A stretch of 64,000 nucleotides of DNA, taken from Gammaproteobacteria bacterium. GTDB taxonomy: Bacteria > Pseudomonadota > Gammaproteobacteria > Natronospirales > JAIVGZ01. This document shows positions 47,993-58,207 of the stretch, one piece after another. Location: the NCBI GenBank assembly GCA_040882865.1, contig JBBEAN010000015.1:107402-171401 (forward strand). The letters run 5' to 3'. Under the pieces are notes generated by a model. It was not told the DNA's origin, did no database searches, and worked only from the letters and a program-made list of their open reading frames with translations. How positions within the stretch are numbered: the first letter of the stretch is position 1; the number at the start of each line of letters is the position of its first letter. The translations under genes and the position numbers were made by a program.

Positions 47993-48913
47993 TCAATCTG
48001 CGCGCGTATACCGGGATGGATTCACGGCACGACCATTCTGCAGCACCTCGAAATGCACGTGCGGCGCGGTCGCACGACCGGTGTCCCCCATCAGCGCGAC
48101 GGGATCGCCCTTCTTCACAGTATCGCCGACCTTCACCAAGTTCTCTTGGTTGTGACCATAGCGCGTGGACAGGCCGTTGCCGTGGTTGATCTCTACGAGG
48201 TTCCCGTAACCGTAGCGAGACCCCGAAAAGCTCACGACGCCCGCTGCGACGGCAACAATCTCAGAGCCACGCCGGCCTGAAAAATCGATGCCGCCATGGT
48301 GTGCGCGCTTGCCCGTAAATGGGTCGCTGCGCGCGCCGAATGGCGACGACAACCAGCCACTGGCGATGGGTCGCCCGGCCGGGGAGACCTGTGCCTGCAA
48401 GTTCCGGTTCAGCAGGAGGTTCTCGAGCACCGTCAATTGCTGCTCGCGGTGGTCGAGCTGCTGAACGAGCGCATCGAGCGTGCGGATGAAGTCGGGAGCG
48501 GTCAGCGCGGAAGGGTCAAGCTCCACCTCCGGACCGCCGAGCGCCGGCGGTTGGTCGAAGTCGAACTCACCCTCGTCGAGATCGGCCATGCGCGTGAGCC
48601 GGTTTCCGAGCGCATCCAGGCGAAGCACGTGAGCCTGCATTCGGCCGACGCGCAATGCGAGTGCGTTCACGCCGTCTTCGGCGGCACGCCGCGCCGCGAT
48701 GATTTCCGCGCGCTGGCGCTCGAACTCTTGGGTCCATGCGTCGGCCTGCATACGACCGTCGGCACCGTGCCAATAAGCCCACCCCGCACCGGCCATGAAT
48801 ACCAGCGCGCCAACGAGCACACCGGCCGTCCCGAGCGCGACCAGTGCGCGCGGTGAGCCGAGGTCGATGGACACCGGCCGGCCGTTGCGCTTTGTAAACA
48901 GAATCAGGTTCAT
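47993..48913 (-). CDS. M23 family peptidase (murein hydrolase/activator-like) with N-terminal membrane anchor
   Basis: 306 aa with HGGIDF, YGHN and GDTGRATAPHVHFEV LytM-domain motifs. Conserved position between secA and lpxC. Confidence 0.85.
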   Translation of the reverse strand: MNLILFTKRNGRPVSIDLGSPRALVALGTAGVLVGALVFMAGAGWAYWHGADGRMQADAWTQEFERQRAEIIAARRAAEDGVNALALRVGRMQAHVLRLDALGNRLTRMADLDEGEFDFDQPPALGGPEVELDPSALTAPDFIRTLDALVQQLDHREQQLTVLENLLLNRNLQAQVSPAGRPIASGWLSSPFGARSDPFTGKRAHHGGIDFSGRRGSEIVAVAAGVVSFSGSRYGYGNLVEINHGNGLSTRYGHNQENLVKVGDTVKKGDPVALMGDTGRATAPHVHFEVLQNGRAVNPSRYTRAD

Positions 48914-48926
48914 CTATCGTTCCCCA

Positions 48927-49367
48927 ATGCCCGACACCAAGCCCCAAAGGCTGGACCAAGTACTCACCGCGCCGACCGGCCGGCTGGGTGCGATCACCTC
49001 GCACGCCCGACGGCTGGCCGAACTCGACGCCCTTGTGCGCCTATGCCTCGGCGACGAACTTGCCGAGCATTGTCGCCTCGCCGATCTTCGCAGCGGCCGG
49101 CTCGTGCTGGCCGCCGACACGCCAGCGTGGGCAACGCGGCTACGGTACCACACGCCCGGAATACGGCAAAAGCTGGCCGCTGCCGGCCTCGCGGTTGCCG
49201 AGTGCCGGGTCGTGGTCGCGCCACTGCCCGCCCGCGACCCAGAACCGGGCCGGCGCCCTGGCATGAGCGCGCTCGGTGCCGGCACGCTCAACGCCACTGC
49301 CGACGACATCCGCGACCCGGCGCTCGCCGCGGCGCTGCGTCGGCTGGCGAAAAACGGCGAGGGTTAG
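48927..49367 (+). CDS. DUF721 / DciA-like protein
   Basis: Start [13 protein letters not shown] at 48927. The pattern [27 protein letters not shown] resembles the DUF721 core. The family call is from memory of the motif, not from a search. Confidence 0.5.
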   Translation: MPDTKPQRLDQVLTAPTGRLGAITSHARRLAELDALVRLCLGDELAEHCRLADLRSGRLVLAADTPAWATRLRYHTPGIRQKLAAAGLAVAECRVVVAPLPARDPEPGRRPGMSALGAGTLNATADDIRDPALAAALRRLAKNGEG

Positions 49368-50272
49368 GCGTGCTGCGGGGATAGGTAAAGGATCGGCGCC
49401 GCGTCCGCGTCGTCGAACGTCACCTCTTCCCACGCGTCCGCGTCGGCGAGCAACGTGCGCAGCAGATGATTGTTCAATGCATGGCCGGACTTGTAACCGC
49501 TGAACGCGCCAATCAGGCTGTGTCCGAGCAGGTACAGGTCGCCAATCGCATCGAGAATCTTGTGCTTGACGAACTCGTCTTCGTAACGAAGACCATCTTC
49601 GTTCAGAATCCGGAAGTCGTCGACGACGATTGCATTGTCCAAGCTGCCGCCAAGCGCGAGGTTGCGCTCTCTCAAAAACTCAATGTCACGCATGAAGCCG
49701 AATGTACGCGCGCGGCTGACTTCCTTCACGAACGAAGTGCTCGAAAAATCGATTTCCGCGATTTGCCGATGGCGCTTGAAAACAGGGTGATCGAAGTCGA
49801 TTTCGAAGCCGACCTTGAAGCCCTCGTACGGGGTGAATCGCGCCCACTTGTCGCCTTCACGGACTTCGACTTTTTTCTTGATCCGGATGAAACGCTTGTG
49901 CGCATTCTGTTCGGCGATACCGGCGCTCTGCAGGAGAAACACGAACGGACCGGCGCTGCCGTCCATGATCGGCACTTCCGCGGCACTCAGGTCGACGTAG
50001 CAATTGTCGATACCGAGGCCCGCGAGCGCGGACAACAAATGCTCGACCGTTGCGACACGCGCGTCGCCTTCGACGAGCGTCGTCGACAACTGCGTCTCGC
50101 CCACATTCTCTGGGGTTGCGCGGATGTCGACGGGTGGATCGAGATCGACGCGCCGGAACACGATGCCGGTATCGACGGCTGCCGGGCGCAACGTCAGATA
50201 AACTTTGTCACCACTGTGTAGCCCGACGCCGGTCGCGCGGATGGTGTTCTTCAGGGTGCGCTGTCTCAGCAT
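49364..50272 (-). CDS. lpxC: UDP-3-O-acyl-N-acetylglucosamine deacetylase
   Basis: 302 aa with [21 protein letters not shown] at the N-terminus and a [12 protein letters not shown] motif. Confidence 0.97.
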   Translation of the reverse strand: MLRQRTLKNTIRATGVGLHSGDKVYLTLRPAAVDTGIVFRRVDLDPPVDIRATPENVGETQLSTTLVEGDARVATVEHLLSALAGLGIDNCYVDLSAAEVPIMDGSAGPFVFLLQSAGIAEQNAHKRFIRIKKKVEVREGDKWARFTPYEGFKVGFEIDFDHPVFKRHRQIAEIDFSSTSFVKEVSRARTFGFMRDIEFLRERNLALGGSLDNAIVVDDFRILNEDGLRYEDEFVKHKILDAIGDLYLLGHSLIGAFSGYKSGHALNNHLLRTLLADADAWEEVTFDDADAAPILYLSPQHA

Positions 50273-50348
50273 TGTTTTAAGTACCGTCGAAAGTCAGGCC
50301 ATTATTGGCGCGGACATTACCACAGGGGAGCACCGCAAGTCCATGATT

Positions 50349-50396
50349 CGAAAAAGATACCGTGGCGGCGAACGGGGGCATTGCCCGCCGCCACGG
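50349..50396 (-). terminator. hairpin plus T-tract between ftsZ and lpxC (terminator/attenuator)
   Basis: Minus strand reads CCGTGGCGGCG-GGCAATGCCCCCGTT-CGCCGCCACGG (11-bp GC stem, 50360-50396), followed by TATCTTTTTCG. Confidence 0.6.
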
Positions 50397-50418
50397 TGTG
50401 TCCTTCCAACGCCGCGCG

Positions 50419-51579
50419 TCAGTCCGCCTGACGGCGCAAGAACGCAGGGATGTCGAGGTACGCTGGGTCGGACCGATCCGGGCCCGCTTCCGTACCCCGG
50501 CCCTTCTGTCGGATGACGGTCGGTCGGTCGAATTCCTCGTAATTCACATCGTCGTTGACCGCACGCTTGATGACCTTCATCTCCGGCTTCAGCTCGGGCG
50601 TGGGGCGCCGAGCTGCGACCGGCCCGCCGAGCCCGGTCGCGACGACGGTGACCCGTAGCTCGCCGGTCATGTTCGGGTCGATGACCGTACCGACCACGAC
50701 CGTCGCGTCCTCCGCTGCGAACTCGCCGACCGCGTTGCCGACCTCCTCGAACTCGCCGATCTCGAGATCGTTGCCCGCAGTCACGTTCACCAGGATTCCG
50801 CGCGCGCCGGCGAGGTTGATGTCCTCGAGCAGTGGGCTATGAATGGCAGCCTCTGCCGCTTCGCGTGCACGGTCTGGGCCCGATGCGACGCCGGAGCCCA
50901 TCATCGCCATGCCCATCTCGGACATCACGGTGCGCACGTCAGCGAAGTCGACGTTGATGAGTCCCGGTCGCGTGATCAACTCCGCGATGCCCTGTACCGC
51001 GTTCATGAGCACATCATTCGCTGCCTTGAATGCATCCGGCAACGTAACTTGCTTGCCGAGAACGGTGAGGAGCTTCTCATTCGGTATGGTGATCAGCGAA
51101 TCGACCGACTTCGACAGTTCGTCGATGCCCTCGAGCGCAATCCGCATGCGCTTCTTCCCCTCGAATGGAAACGGCTTCGTGACGACCGCCACCGTGAGGA
51201 TGCCGAGGTCGCGTGCGACCTGTGCGACGATTGGGGCAGCGCCGGTGCCGGTGCCGCCGCCCATGCCGCAAGTGATGAACAGCATGTCGCTGCCACGGAT
51301 CACCTCCTCGATCCGGTCACGGTCCTCCATCGCGGCCTGCTTGCCGACTTCCGGGTTCGCGCCAGCCCCGAGTCCTTTGGTGATGTTACAGCCGAGCTGT
51401 AGCACGATTTTGCTCGGCGTGTTCTTCAATGCCTGCGCATCGGTGTTCGCGCAGATGAAATCCACGCCCTCGATTCCACCGTTGACCATGTGGCCGACTG
51501 CGTTGCCTCCGCCGCCGCCCACGCCGATCACTTTTATTACAGCGTTCTGGCTGTATGCATCCATCAGTTCGAAAGTCAT
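50419..51579 (-). CDS. ftsZ: cell division GTPase FtsZ
   Basis: 386 aa with the GGGTGTG tubulin signature and a C-terminal DIPAFLRRQ peptide. Confidence 0.98.
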   Translation of the reverse strand: MTFELMDAYSQNAVIKVIGVGGGGGNAVGHMVNGGIEGVDFICANTDAQALKNTPSKIVLQLGCNITKGLGAGANPEVGKQAAMEDRDRIEEVIRGSDMLFITCGMGGGTGTGAAPIVAQVARDLGILTVAVVTKPFPFEGKKRMRIALEGIDELSKSVDSLITIPNEKLLTVLGKQVTLPDAFKAANDVLMNAVQGIAELITRPGLINVDFADVRTVMSEMGMAMMGSGVASGPDRAREAAEAAIHSPLLEDINLAGARGILVNVTAGNDLEIGEFEEVGNAVGEFAAEDATVVVGTVIDPNMTGELRVTVVATGLGGPVAARRPTPELKPEMKVIKRAVNDDVNYEEFDRPTVIRQKGRGTEAGPDRSDPAYLDIPAFLRRQAD

Positions 51580-51607
51580 TGTTGCCCCCTTGCTCTATGC
51601 CAAGACA

Positions 51608-52840
51608 TCAGAAATTGCCGTTGAACCAACTTTTCATCCGTTCCCAAACTGCGCGCGCCCCGCCGCCGATCGGCGCGTTCGCACGCCGAGCGGCGCTTTG
51701 CGCGCCGAACAACAACAGGCCTACGCCTGTTGCGTGTATCGGATTGCGGACGACGTCCGACAACCCGGTCACGTATTGCGGTACGCCGAGACGCACCGGC
51801 ATGTGAAACACCTCTTCGGCGAGCTCGATCGCGCCCTCCATCTTTGAGCTCCCACCGGTCAGTACGATGCCCGCAGCGCACAAGTCCTCGAATCCGCTGC
51901 GTCGCAGCTCCGCCTGCACAAGCGTGAATAGTTCCTCGTAGCGCGGTTCGACGACCTCGGCGAGCGTCTGGCGCGCGAGCCGTCGCGAAGGCCGGTCACC
52001 GACGCTCGGCACCTCGATCGTTTCGTCGGAACTCGCGAGCTGCGGCAATGCGCACGCGTACTTGACCTTGATTTCCTCCGCGTACTGCGTCGGCGTGCGC
52101 AGCGCGACCGCGATATCGTTCGTGACTTGGTCGCCCGCGATTGGGATGACCGCCGTATGCCGGATTGAGCCGTCGGTGAAGACCGCCATGTCGGTCGTGC
52201 CGCCGCCGATATCCACGAGGCACACGCCGAGTCCCTTTTCGTCTTCCGTGAGGACCGAATAGCTCGACGCGATCTGCTCGAGGATGATGTCGTCGACTTC
52301 GAGCCCGCACCGCCGTACACACTTGATGATGTTTTGTGCAGCAGATAGCGCGCCGGTCACGATGTGGACCTTCGCTTCGAGCCGAACACCGGACATGCCG
52401 ATCGGCTCCTTGATGCCGTCCTGGTTGTCGATGATGAATTCCTGCGGAAGGATGTGCAGGATTTTCTGGTCAGCCGGTATAGCGACCGCACGCGCCGCGT
52501 CGATCACGCGGTCGACGTCGCCGGCGGTCACTTCCTTGTCGCGGATCGCGACAATCCCGTGTGAATTCAAGCTGCGAACATGGCTGCCGGCGATGCCCGT
52601 GAACACCGCGTGGACTTGGCAGCCAGCCATCAACTCGGCCTCCTCGACCGCGCGCTGGATTGACTCCACGGTCGACTCGATGTTCACCACGACGCCCTTG
52701 CGCAGCCCCCGAGACGGATGCGAGCCGATGCCGATGATTTCCATCGTCCCGTCCGCACCGATTTCGCCGACGATCGCGACGACTTTCGACGTGCCGATAT
52801 CGAGGCCTACGATCAAGTTCTTCTCCGTTTTCCTGGACAT
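51608..52840 (-). CDS. ftsA: cell division protein FtsA
   Basis: Start MSRKTEKNLIVGLDIGTSKV at 52840; actin-like ATPase motifs. The upstream part of the 53008 ORF overlaps ftsQ. Confidence 0.95.
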   Translation of the reverse strand: MSRKTEKNLIVGLDIGTSKVVAIVGEIGADGTMEIIGIGSHPSRGLRKGVVVNIESTVESIQRAVEEAELMAGCQVHAVFTGIAGSHVRSLNSHGIVAIRDKEVTAGDVDRVIDAARAVAIPADQKILHILPQEFIIDNQDGIKEPIGMSGVRLEAKVHIVTGALSAAQNIIKCVRRCGLEVDDIILEQIASSYSVLTEDEKGLGVCLVDIGGGTTDMAVFTDGSIRHTAVIPIAGDQVTNDIAVALRTPTQYAEEIKVKYACALPQLASSDETIEVPSVGDRPSRRLARQTLAEVVEPRYEELFTLVQAELRRSGFEDLCAAGIVLTGGSSKMEGAIELAEEVFHMPVRLGVPQYVTGLSDVVRNPIHATGVGLLLFGAQSAARRANAPIGGGARAVWERMKSWFNGNF

Positions 52841-52844
52841 CTGA

Positions 52845-53618
52845 CTAACCCCCTCGCCAACCCACTGCGAACCCGTTTGTGTACCGCATGTCCACGTACG
52901 CGACGTCGTCGATACGCGGCGCGACCGCGCCCAGAACCGCGTCGCAGAAGCGCCCGGCACGCTCAGGCACTTCGTGCCTGCCAAGTCGAAGCACGATGCC
53001 GCCGGCAAGCGTCAGCCGCGTGGCACGACGCGCGTCGAGTTCCACGCGTGCGACGCGCATCGCGCAGCGCATGAGCGTCGCGTCGTATTCGAGGTACTGC
53101 TGTGCGAGCAGCCGTTCGGTACCCGCGGGCCCATCGAGGCGCGGCAGGGTCACCGGGCGATTGGTTTCGGCGGTCACGAACAACTCCGCGCGCGCGTTCA
53201 GCAAGCCGTCATCGCCCCAAAGCCACGCGGGCTGCTCTTCCGCGACGATGATGCGTACGCGGTCCGGCCACTCGCGCAGAACCTGCGCACGCGCGACCCA
53301 GGGCAGCGACTCGGCAGCGGTGCGGATAGCGCCGAGGTCGACCGTGAAGAACCCACCGCGCAAGTGCGGTAACACGACATTCTCGACGTCGGTGGGAGAG
53401 ACGCGGATGAATGCACCCTCGACGAGTACCCGCTGGACGGGGGCGATGCCGGCTGTTGGCCAGGACGGAAGCGCCGCGCGATACTGCCAAGCCATCCACC
53501 CACCGACGCCGACAATCGCGACGAATGCGATCAGTCCGGCGCGTCGCGCGAGCCGTCGCAGCGACTCACGTCGTGCGTCCGGGGTGGCAACCATTCGCCG
53601 TTTGCGCCGCGGCGTCAT
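52845..53618 (-). CDS. ftsQ: cell division protein FtsQ
   Basis: Start [10 protein letters not shown] at 53618 (ATGA overlap with the ddl stop). Single TM segment then a POTRA-like domain. Position in the dcw cluster supports the call. Confidence 0.85.
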   Translation of the reverse strand: MTPRRKRRMVATPDARRESLRRLARRAGLIAFVAIVGVGGWMAWQYRAALPSWPTAGIAPVQRVLVEGAFIRVSPTDVENVVLPHLRGGFFTVDLGAIRTAAESLPWVARAQVLREWPDRVRIIVAEEQPAWLWGDDGLLNARAELFVTAETNRPVTLPRLDGPAGTERLLAQQYLEYDATLMRCAMRVARVELDARRATRLTLAGGIVLRLGRHEVPERAGRFCDAVLGAVAPRIDDVAYVDMRYTNGFAVGWRGG

Positions 53619-54580
53619 GGGGCGTCCTCCATGAAGTGGACGGGGCCCGCGGCCGCACTGCGATCGACGAAACTCGTACGCAACACCCTCACGCAGAGCG
53701 ATGGAAAGTCGATTCCCGCGGCGCGCGCCGCCATCGGCACCAGACTGTGGTCCGTCATGCCCGGGACGGTGTTCACCTCGAGGACGAATGGCGCGCCGGC
53801 GCTGTCGGCCATGAAGTCGACGCGTCCCCAACCGTGTGCATCGATGGCGTCGAATGCACGCACCGCGAGTTCGCCGAGGGACGCCTCGGACTCCGCATCG
53901 AGGCCGCACGGGATGTGATACTGCGTCGAATCGACCGTGTATTTCGCCGCGTAGTCGTAGAATTCGCGCGGCGTCTCGAGCCGGATCGCCGGTAACGCGG
54001 CGCCATCGAGCACGGCGACCGTGTATTCGGCACCGTGGATCCATTGCTCGGCGAACACGACGGCGTCGTACCGGCGCGCGTCACGGAACGCATCTCCGAG
54101 CTGGTCCGCGCCGCTGACTTTCGCCATTCCGACGCTCGAACCCTCGCGTGAAGGCTTCACGATCAGCGGCAGGCCAAGGTCGTCGACCGCTCGATGGCAA
54201 TCGTCGTCATTGCGTAGGACGGTGAACGGCGGCGTCCGTATACCGAGCGAACGCCAGATTTGCTTACACCGCAGCTTATCCATCGACAGCGCCGAGCCGA
54301 GCACACCCGCGCCGGTGTACGGCAGGTCGAGCCATTCGAGCGTGCCCTGCAGACGACCGTCCTCGCCACCGGTGCCGTGCAGCACCACGAATGCCCGCTC
54401 GAATGCGCCGTGCTGCAGCCGTGCAATGAGATCGTGGCCGGCATCGACACCGTGCGCGTCGACGCCGGCCGTCCGTAGCGCCGCGAGCACGCGTGAACCG
54501 CTATTCAAGGAGACGTCACGTTCCGCGCCGAGGCCACCGTATATCACCGCGACCCTGCCGAATTCTTCACGGGCGGTCAT
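53615..54580 (-). CDS. ddl: D-alanine--D-alanine ligase
   Basis: 321 aa, ATP-grasp, with HGTGGEDG and EVNTVPGMT motifs. Confidence 0.95.
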   Translation of the reverse strand: MTAREEFGRVAVIYGGLGAERDVSLNSGSRVLAALRTAGVDAHGVDAGHDLIARLQHGAFERAFVVLHGTGGEDGRLQGTLEWLDLPYTGAGVLGSALSMDKLRCKQIWRSLGIRTPPFTVLRNDDDCHRAVDDLGLPLIVKPSREGSSVGMAKVSGADQLGDAFRDARRYDAVVFAEQWIHGAEYTVAVLDGAALPAIRLETPREFYDYAAKYTVDSTQYHIPCGLDAESEASLGELAVRAFDAIDAHGWGRVDFMADSAGAPFVLEVNTVPGMTDHSLVPMAARAAGIDFPSLCVRVLRTSFVDRSAAAGPVHFMEDAP

Positions 54581-56004
54581 GTGGATTGCCCCATCAACTG
54601 CACCGGTAGCGCTGCCGCAATCGTGCCGATGTCACCTGCACCCATCGTGAGCACGATGTCGCCGTCCATGACGACGCCGAGCAGCGCCGCCGCGATGTCC
54701 GTACTGTGTTGCACGAACACGGGTTCAACGCGGCCACGCGCACGAATCGCGCGGGCAAGGCTACGCCCATCGGCGCCGCTGATCGGCGCCTCTCCCGCCG
54801 CGTAGACATCCGTCAACACGACAACGTCGGGCTCCGACAACACCTCGGCAAAGTCCTCGAACAATTCGTGCGTGCGCGTGTACCGGTGCGGCTGGAACGC
54901 GAGCACGACCCGGCGACCGGGCCAGCCGTCCCTCACGGCGCGTAGGACCGCGGCGAGTTCACGCGGGTGATGCCCATAATCGTCAATGAGCAATAGCTGG
55001 CCACGCGGCGTTGCCAGCTCGCCATAAAGATGGAAACGCCTGCCGACGCCCTCGAATTTTTTCAGCGCGTGCTGGACGACAGCGTCCTCGATGCCGAGGT
55101 CGCGAGCGACCGCGATAGCCGCGAGCGCATTCTGCACGTTATGCACGCCCGGCATGTTCAACTCAATCGGCAATGCATCCCGGCCGGGGCGGCAGACCGA
55201 GAAACGCGTGATCATGCCCTCTTGCTGGAGGTTCGTCGCACGCACGTCGGCCTCCTCGGAAAGGCCGTAGGTCACCACTGGACGTGTGACCTCCGGCAAC
55301 ATCCCGACCAGCACCGGATCATCGATGCACAGCGCGGCGAGCCCGTAGAACGGCACGTGGTGAAGGAACTCGATGAAGCTTGCCCGTAGGCGAGAGAAAT
55401 CGCCTTCGTACGTCGCCAAGTGGTCCGCATCGACGTTCGTAACCACGGCAATCAGTGGCTGCAGCAATAAGAACGACGCGTCGCTCTCATCGGCCTCCGC
55501 GACCAGCCAGCGACTCGCGCCGAGGCGCGAATGGCTTCCGACGCTGTTCAGGCGGCCGCCGATGACGAACGTAGGGTCGAGCCCCGCCTCGGCGAGTACG
55601 CTTGCGACGAGACTCGTGGTCGTCGTTTTCCCATGCGTACCGGCGACCGCGATGCCCAGCCTGAACCGCATCAGTTCGGCCAGCATCTCGGCGCGGGGCA
55701 CGACCGGAATGCGCAATCGCGCCGATTCCTGTAGCTCTGGGTTGTCGCGCGCGATCGCGCTTGAGACGACGACAACGCCCGCGCCGGCGACATTTTCCGC
55801 CGCATGGCCGATGACGACGCGCGCGCCGAGATCCTGCAAGCGGCGTGTCACAGCGCTCTCGCGCAAATCGGAGCCCGTGACCTCGTACCCTAGGTTGAGC
55901 AGCACCTCGGCGATGCCGCCCATACCAGAGCCGCCGATACCTACGAAGTGCACGCGCTCGATTCGGCGCATCGGGTCGAGCGGATTGCGCGCCTTCACGA
56001 TCAT
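54577..56004 (-). CDS. murC: UDP-N-acetylmuramate--L-alanine ligase
   Basis: 475 aa with [15 protein letters not shown] and GTHGKTTTT motifs. Confidence 0.95.
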   Translation of the reverse strand: MIVKARNPLDPMRRIERVHFVGIGGSGMGGIAEVLLNLGYEVTGSDLRESAVTRRLQDLGARVVIGHAAENVAGAGVVVVSSAIARDNPELQESARLRIPVVPRAEMLAELMRFRLGIAVAGTHGKTTTTSLVASVLAEAGLDPTFVIGGRLNSVGSHSRLGASRWLVAEADESDASFLLLQPLIAVVTNVDADHLATYEGDFSRLRASFIEFLHHVPFYGLAALCIDDPVLVGMLPEVTRPVVTYGLSEEADVRATNLQQEGMITRFSVCRPGRDALPIELNMPGVHNVQNALAAIAVARDLGIEDAVVQHALKKFEGVGRRFHLYGELATPRGQLLLIDDYGHHPRELAAVLRAVRDGWPGRRVVLAFQPHRYTRTHELFEDFAEVLSEPDVVVLTDVYAAGEAPISGADGRSLARAIRARGRVEPVFVQHSTDIAAALLGVVMDGDIVLTMGAGDIGTIAAALPVQLMGQST

Positions 56005-57068
56005 CGCGCAGCCTCCCTTATCGCCGCGACCAGCGCGGCCGTCGCATCCGGTCGTGAGACACGTCGCGCGGCAACCGCCATCGCCAGAAGCGTGGCTCGG
56101 TCGCCGGTAAAACGGCCAAGTTGTGCAGCGAGCGACGCTGGTGTGAGCTCGGACTCCGGCAGCAGTTCGCCCGCACCGGCGTCCACGAGATAACGCGCGT
56201 TCGCGGTCTGGTGATCGTCGACCGCGTGCGGCAGCGGTACAAGGATGCTCGCCACACCAGCGGCCGCGAGTTCAGCAACCGTCAATGCGCCCGCCCGGCA
56301 CACGACGACGTCTGCCCACGCATAGGCGGCTGCGACGTCGTCGATGAACGCGACGGGATCCACGCGTACGCCGGCCGCCGTCCAGGCTGCGCGCGCTTCA
56401 TCGACCAACTTCTCCCCACATTGATGCCGCACTTGCGGACGTCGGTCCGCGGGCAGCAGCGCGATGGCGAACGGTACAACCGCGTTCAATGCGCGCGCAC
56501 CCTGGCTGCCGCCGAGCACGAGCACGCGCAGCGCCCCTGACCGACCATGCAAGCGCGTCGTCGGTGGCGGTAATGCGGCAATATCCGCGCGTACAGGATT
56601 ACCGATACATTCGCCGCCCAGCACACCGGGGAAGCCGGTCAGAACCCGACGCGCGAAGCGCGCCAGGAGTCGGTTCGTCGTGCCGCCGACCGCGTTCTGC
56701 TCATGGATGACGAGCGGGCGCCGGAGCAACCAGGCGGCGACCCCACCGGGGCCTGCAACGTACCCGCCCATGCCGAGCACCGCGCGCGGCCGGTGGCGCC
56801 GCATCACGGCAGCCGATTGCAAGAGCGCGCGCACGAGCCGCACCGGCGCCGAGCACAGTGCGGCAAATCCCTTGCCGCGCAAGCCCCCGACGTCCACCCA
56901 TTCGATGGGGATTCCTCGCGCGGGTACGACGCGCGCCTCCAGACCTTCGCGCGTACCCAGCCATACCACCGGCCAGCCGCTGCCGATAAGCGACTCTGCG
57001 ACGGCGAGCGCCGGATACACGTGCCCGCCGGTGCCGCCGGCCATGACGAGAATCGGGCGCGCGCTCAT
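56001..57068 (-). CDS. murG: undecaprenyl-PP-MurNAc-pentapeptide GlcNAc transferase
   Basis: Start [24 protein letters not shown] at 57068, in an ATGA overlap with the ftsW stop. Confidence 0.95.
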   Translation of the reverse strand: MSARPILVMAGGTGGHVYPALAVAESLIGSGWPVVWLGTREGLEARVVPARGIPIEWVDVGGLRGKGFAALCSAPVRLVRALLQSAAVMRRHRPRAVLGMGGYVAGPGGVAAWLLRRPLVIHEQNAVGGTTNRLLARFARRVLTGFPGVLGGECIGNPVRADIAALPPPTTRLHGRSGALRVLVLGGSQGARALNAVVPFAIALLPADRRPQVRHQCGEKLVDEARAAWTAAGVRVDPVAFIDDVAAAYAWADVVVCRAGALTVAELAAAGVASILVPLPHAVDDHQTANARYLVDAGAGELLPESELTPASLAAQLGRFTGDRATLLAMAVAARRVSRPDATAALVAAIREAAR

Positions 57069-58207
57069 TGCCGCGCCTCGTGCGCGATGCGCAGCAACAA
57101 ACCGATGCACACGCAGGTAATGAGCAAGCTCGAGCCGCCGTAGCTCATCAGCGGCAGCGTGAGCCCTTTCGTCGGCAGCACACCCATGTTCACACCGATG
57201 TTGATCAATGCCTGCACGCCAATCCATGTACCGATGCCGAATGCGAGGTACGCACCGTAGAAGCGACCGCTACGCGCACTCGCGCGTCCGGCGGCCAACG
57301 CGCGCCAGACGAGGACGAAGAACCCGGCAAGCAGTGCTGCGATGCCGACGAGCCCGAATTCCTCCGCGTACACCGCGAACAAAAAGTCCGTATGCGCCTC
57401 CGGCAGGTAGAACAGTTTCTGGACGCTGTTGCCCAGGCCGACGCCGAACCATTCGCCGCGCCCGATCGCAATCAGCGAGTTCGTCAATTGAAAGCCGCTG
57501 TCGAACGGATCCGCCCAGGGATCGCGAAAACCGAACAGGCGACGCAGGCGGTACGGCGACGTCCACACCATCAGTGCCATCGCGAGCGAGACAATGGCAC
57601 CGACAGCGAAGAAGTGGCGAAGCATCACACCGCCGACGAAGATCATCGCGAGCGCGGCCATCAGCATGACTGCCGCGGCGCCGAAGTCCGGTTGCATGAG
57701 CAGCAACGCCGATGCGGCGGCGAGAACGACCATCGGTTTTGCGAAACCGCGGAATTCCGACCGGACCGACTGCTCGTGGCGAACGAGGTAGCCGGCGAGG
57801 TACATCAACAACATCAAACGCGCGGGCTCTGATGCCTGTAAGCCGAAGAAGCCCATCGAAATCCAGCGTTGCGCATTGTTCACCTCTCGGCCGATGCCCG
57901 GTACCAGCACGAGCAAAAGCAATGCGAAGGCGCCGGCGAGCAGTACGATTCCGAGACGGTCCCAGGTCCGAAGCGGGATGCATGTCGCGAGGTAGCCGCC
58001 AGCAAGGCCGACGACCGCGAAAACGAACTGCCGTTGGAGGTAATAGAACGGGACCCCGGTGCTGCGGTCCGCGAGCGACACGGAAGCTGAGGCGACCATG
58101 ACCAGCCCTAGCGCAAGAAGGGACAGTGAAACGCCGAGTAGCCATGGATCCGACATCACGGCCGAGGGCAGCCGTCGCACACCACCGCGCATGATGACGG
58201 CGCTCAT
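57065..58207 (-). CDS. ftsW: peptidoglycan glycosyltransferase / lipid II flippase-family FtsW
   Basis: 380 aa, SEDS family polytopic membrane protein. EFGLVG and PLMSYGGSS motifs. Confidence 0.93.
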   Translation of the reverse strand: MSAVIMRGGVRRLPSAVMSDPWLLGVSLSLLALGLVMVASASVSLADRSTGVPFYYLQRQFVFAVVGLAGGYLATCIPLRTWDRLGIVLLAGAFALLLLVLVPGIGREVNNAQRWISMGFFGLQASEPARLMLLMYLAGYLVRHEQSVRSEFRGFAKPMVVLAAASALLLMQPDFGAAAVMLMAALAMIFVGGVMLRHFFAVGAIVSLAMALMVWTSPYRLRRLFGFRDPWADPFDSGFQLTNSLIAIGRGEWFGVGLGNSVQKLFYLPEAHTDFLFAVYAEEFGLVGIAALLAGFFVLVWRALAAGRASARSGRFYGAYLAFGIGTWIGVQALINIGVNMGVLPTKGLTLPLMSYGGSSLLITCVCIGLLLRIAHEARQ

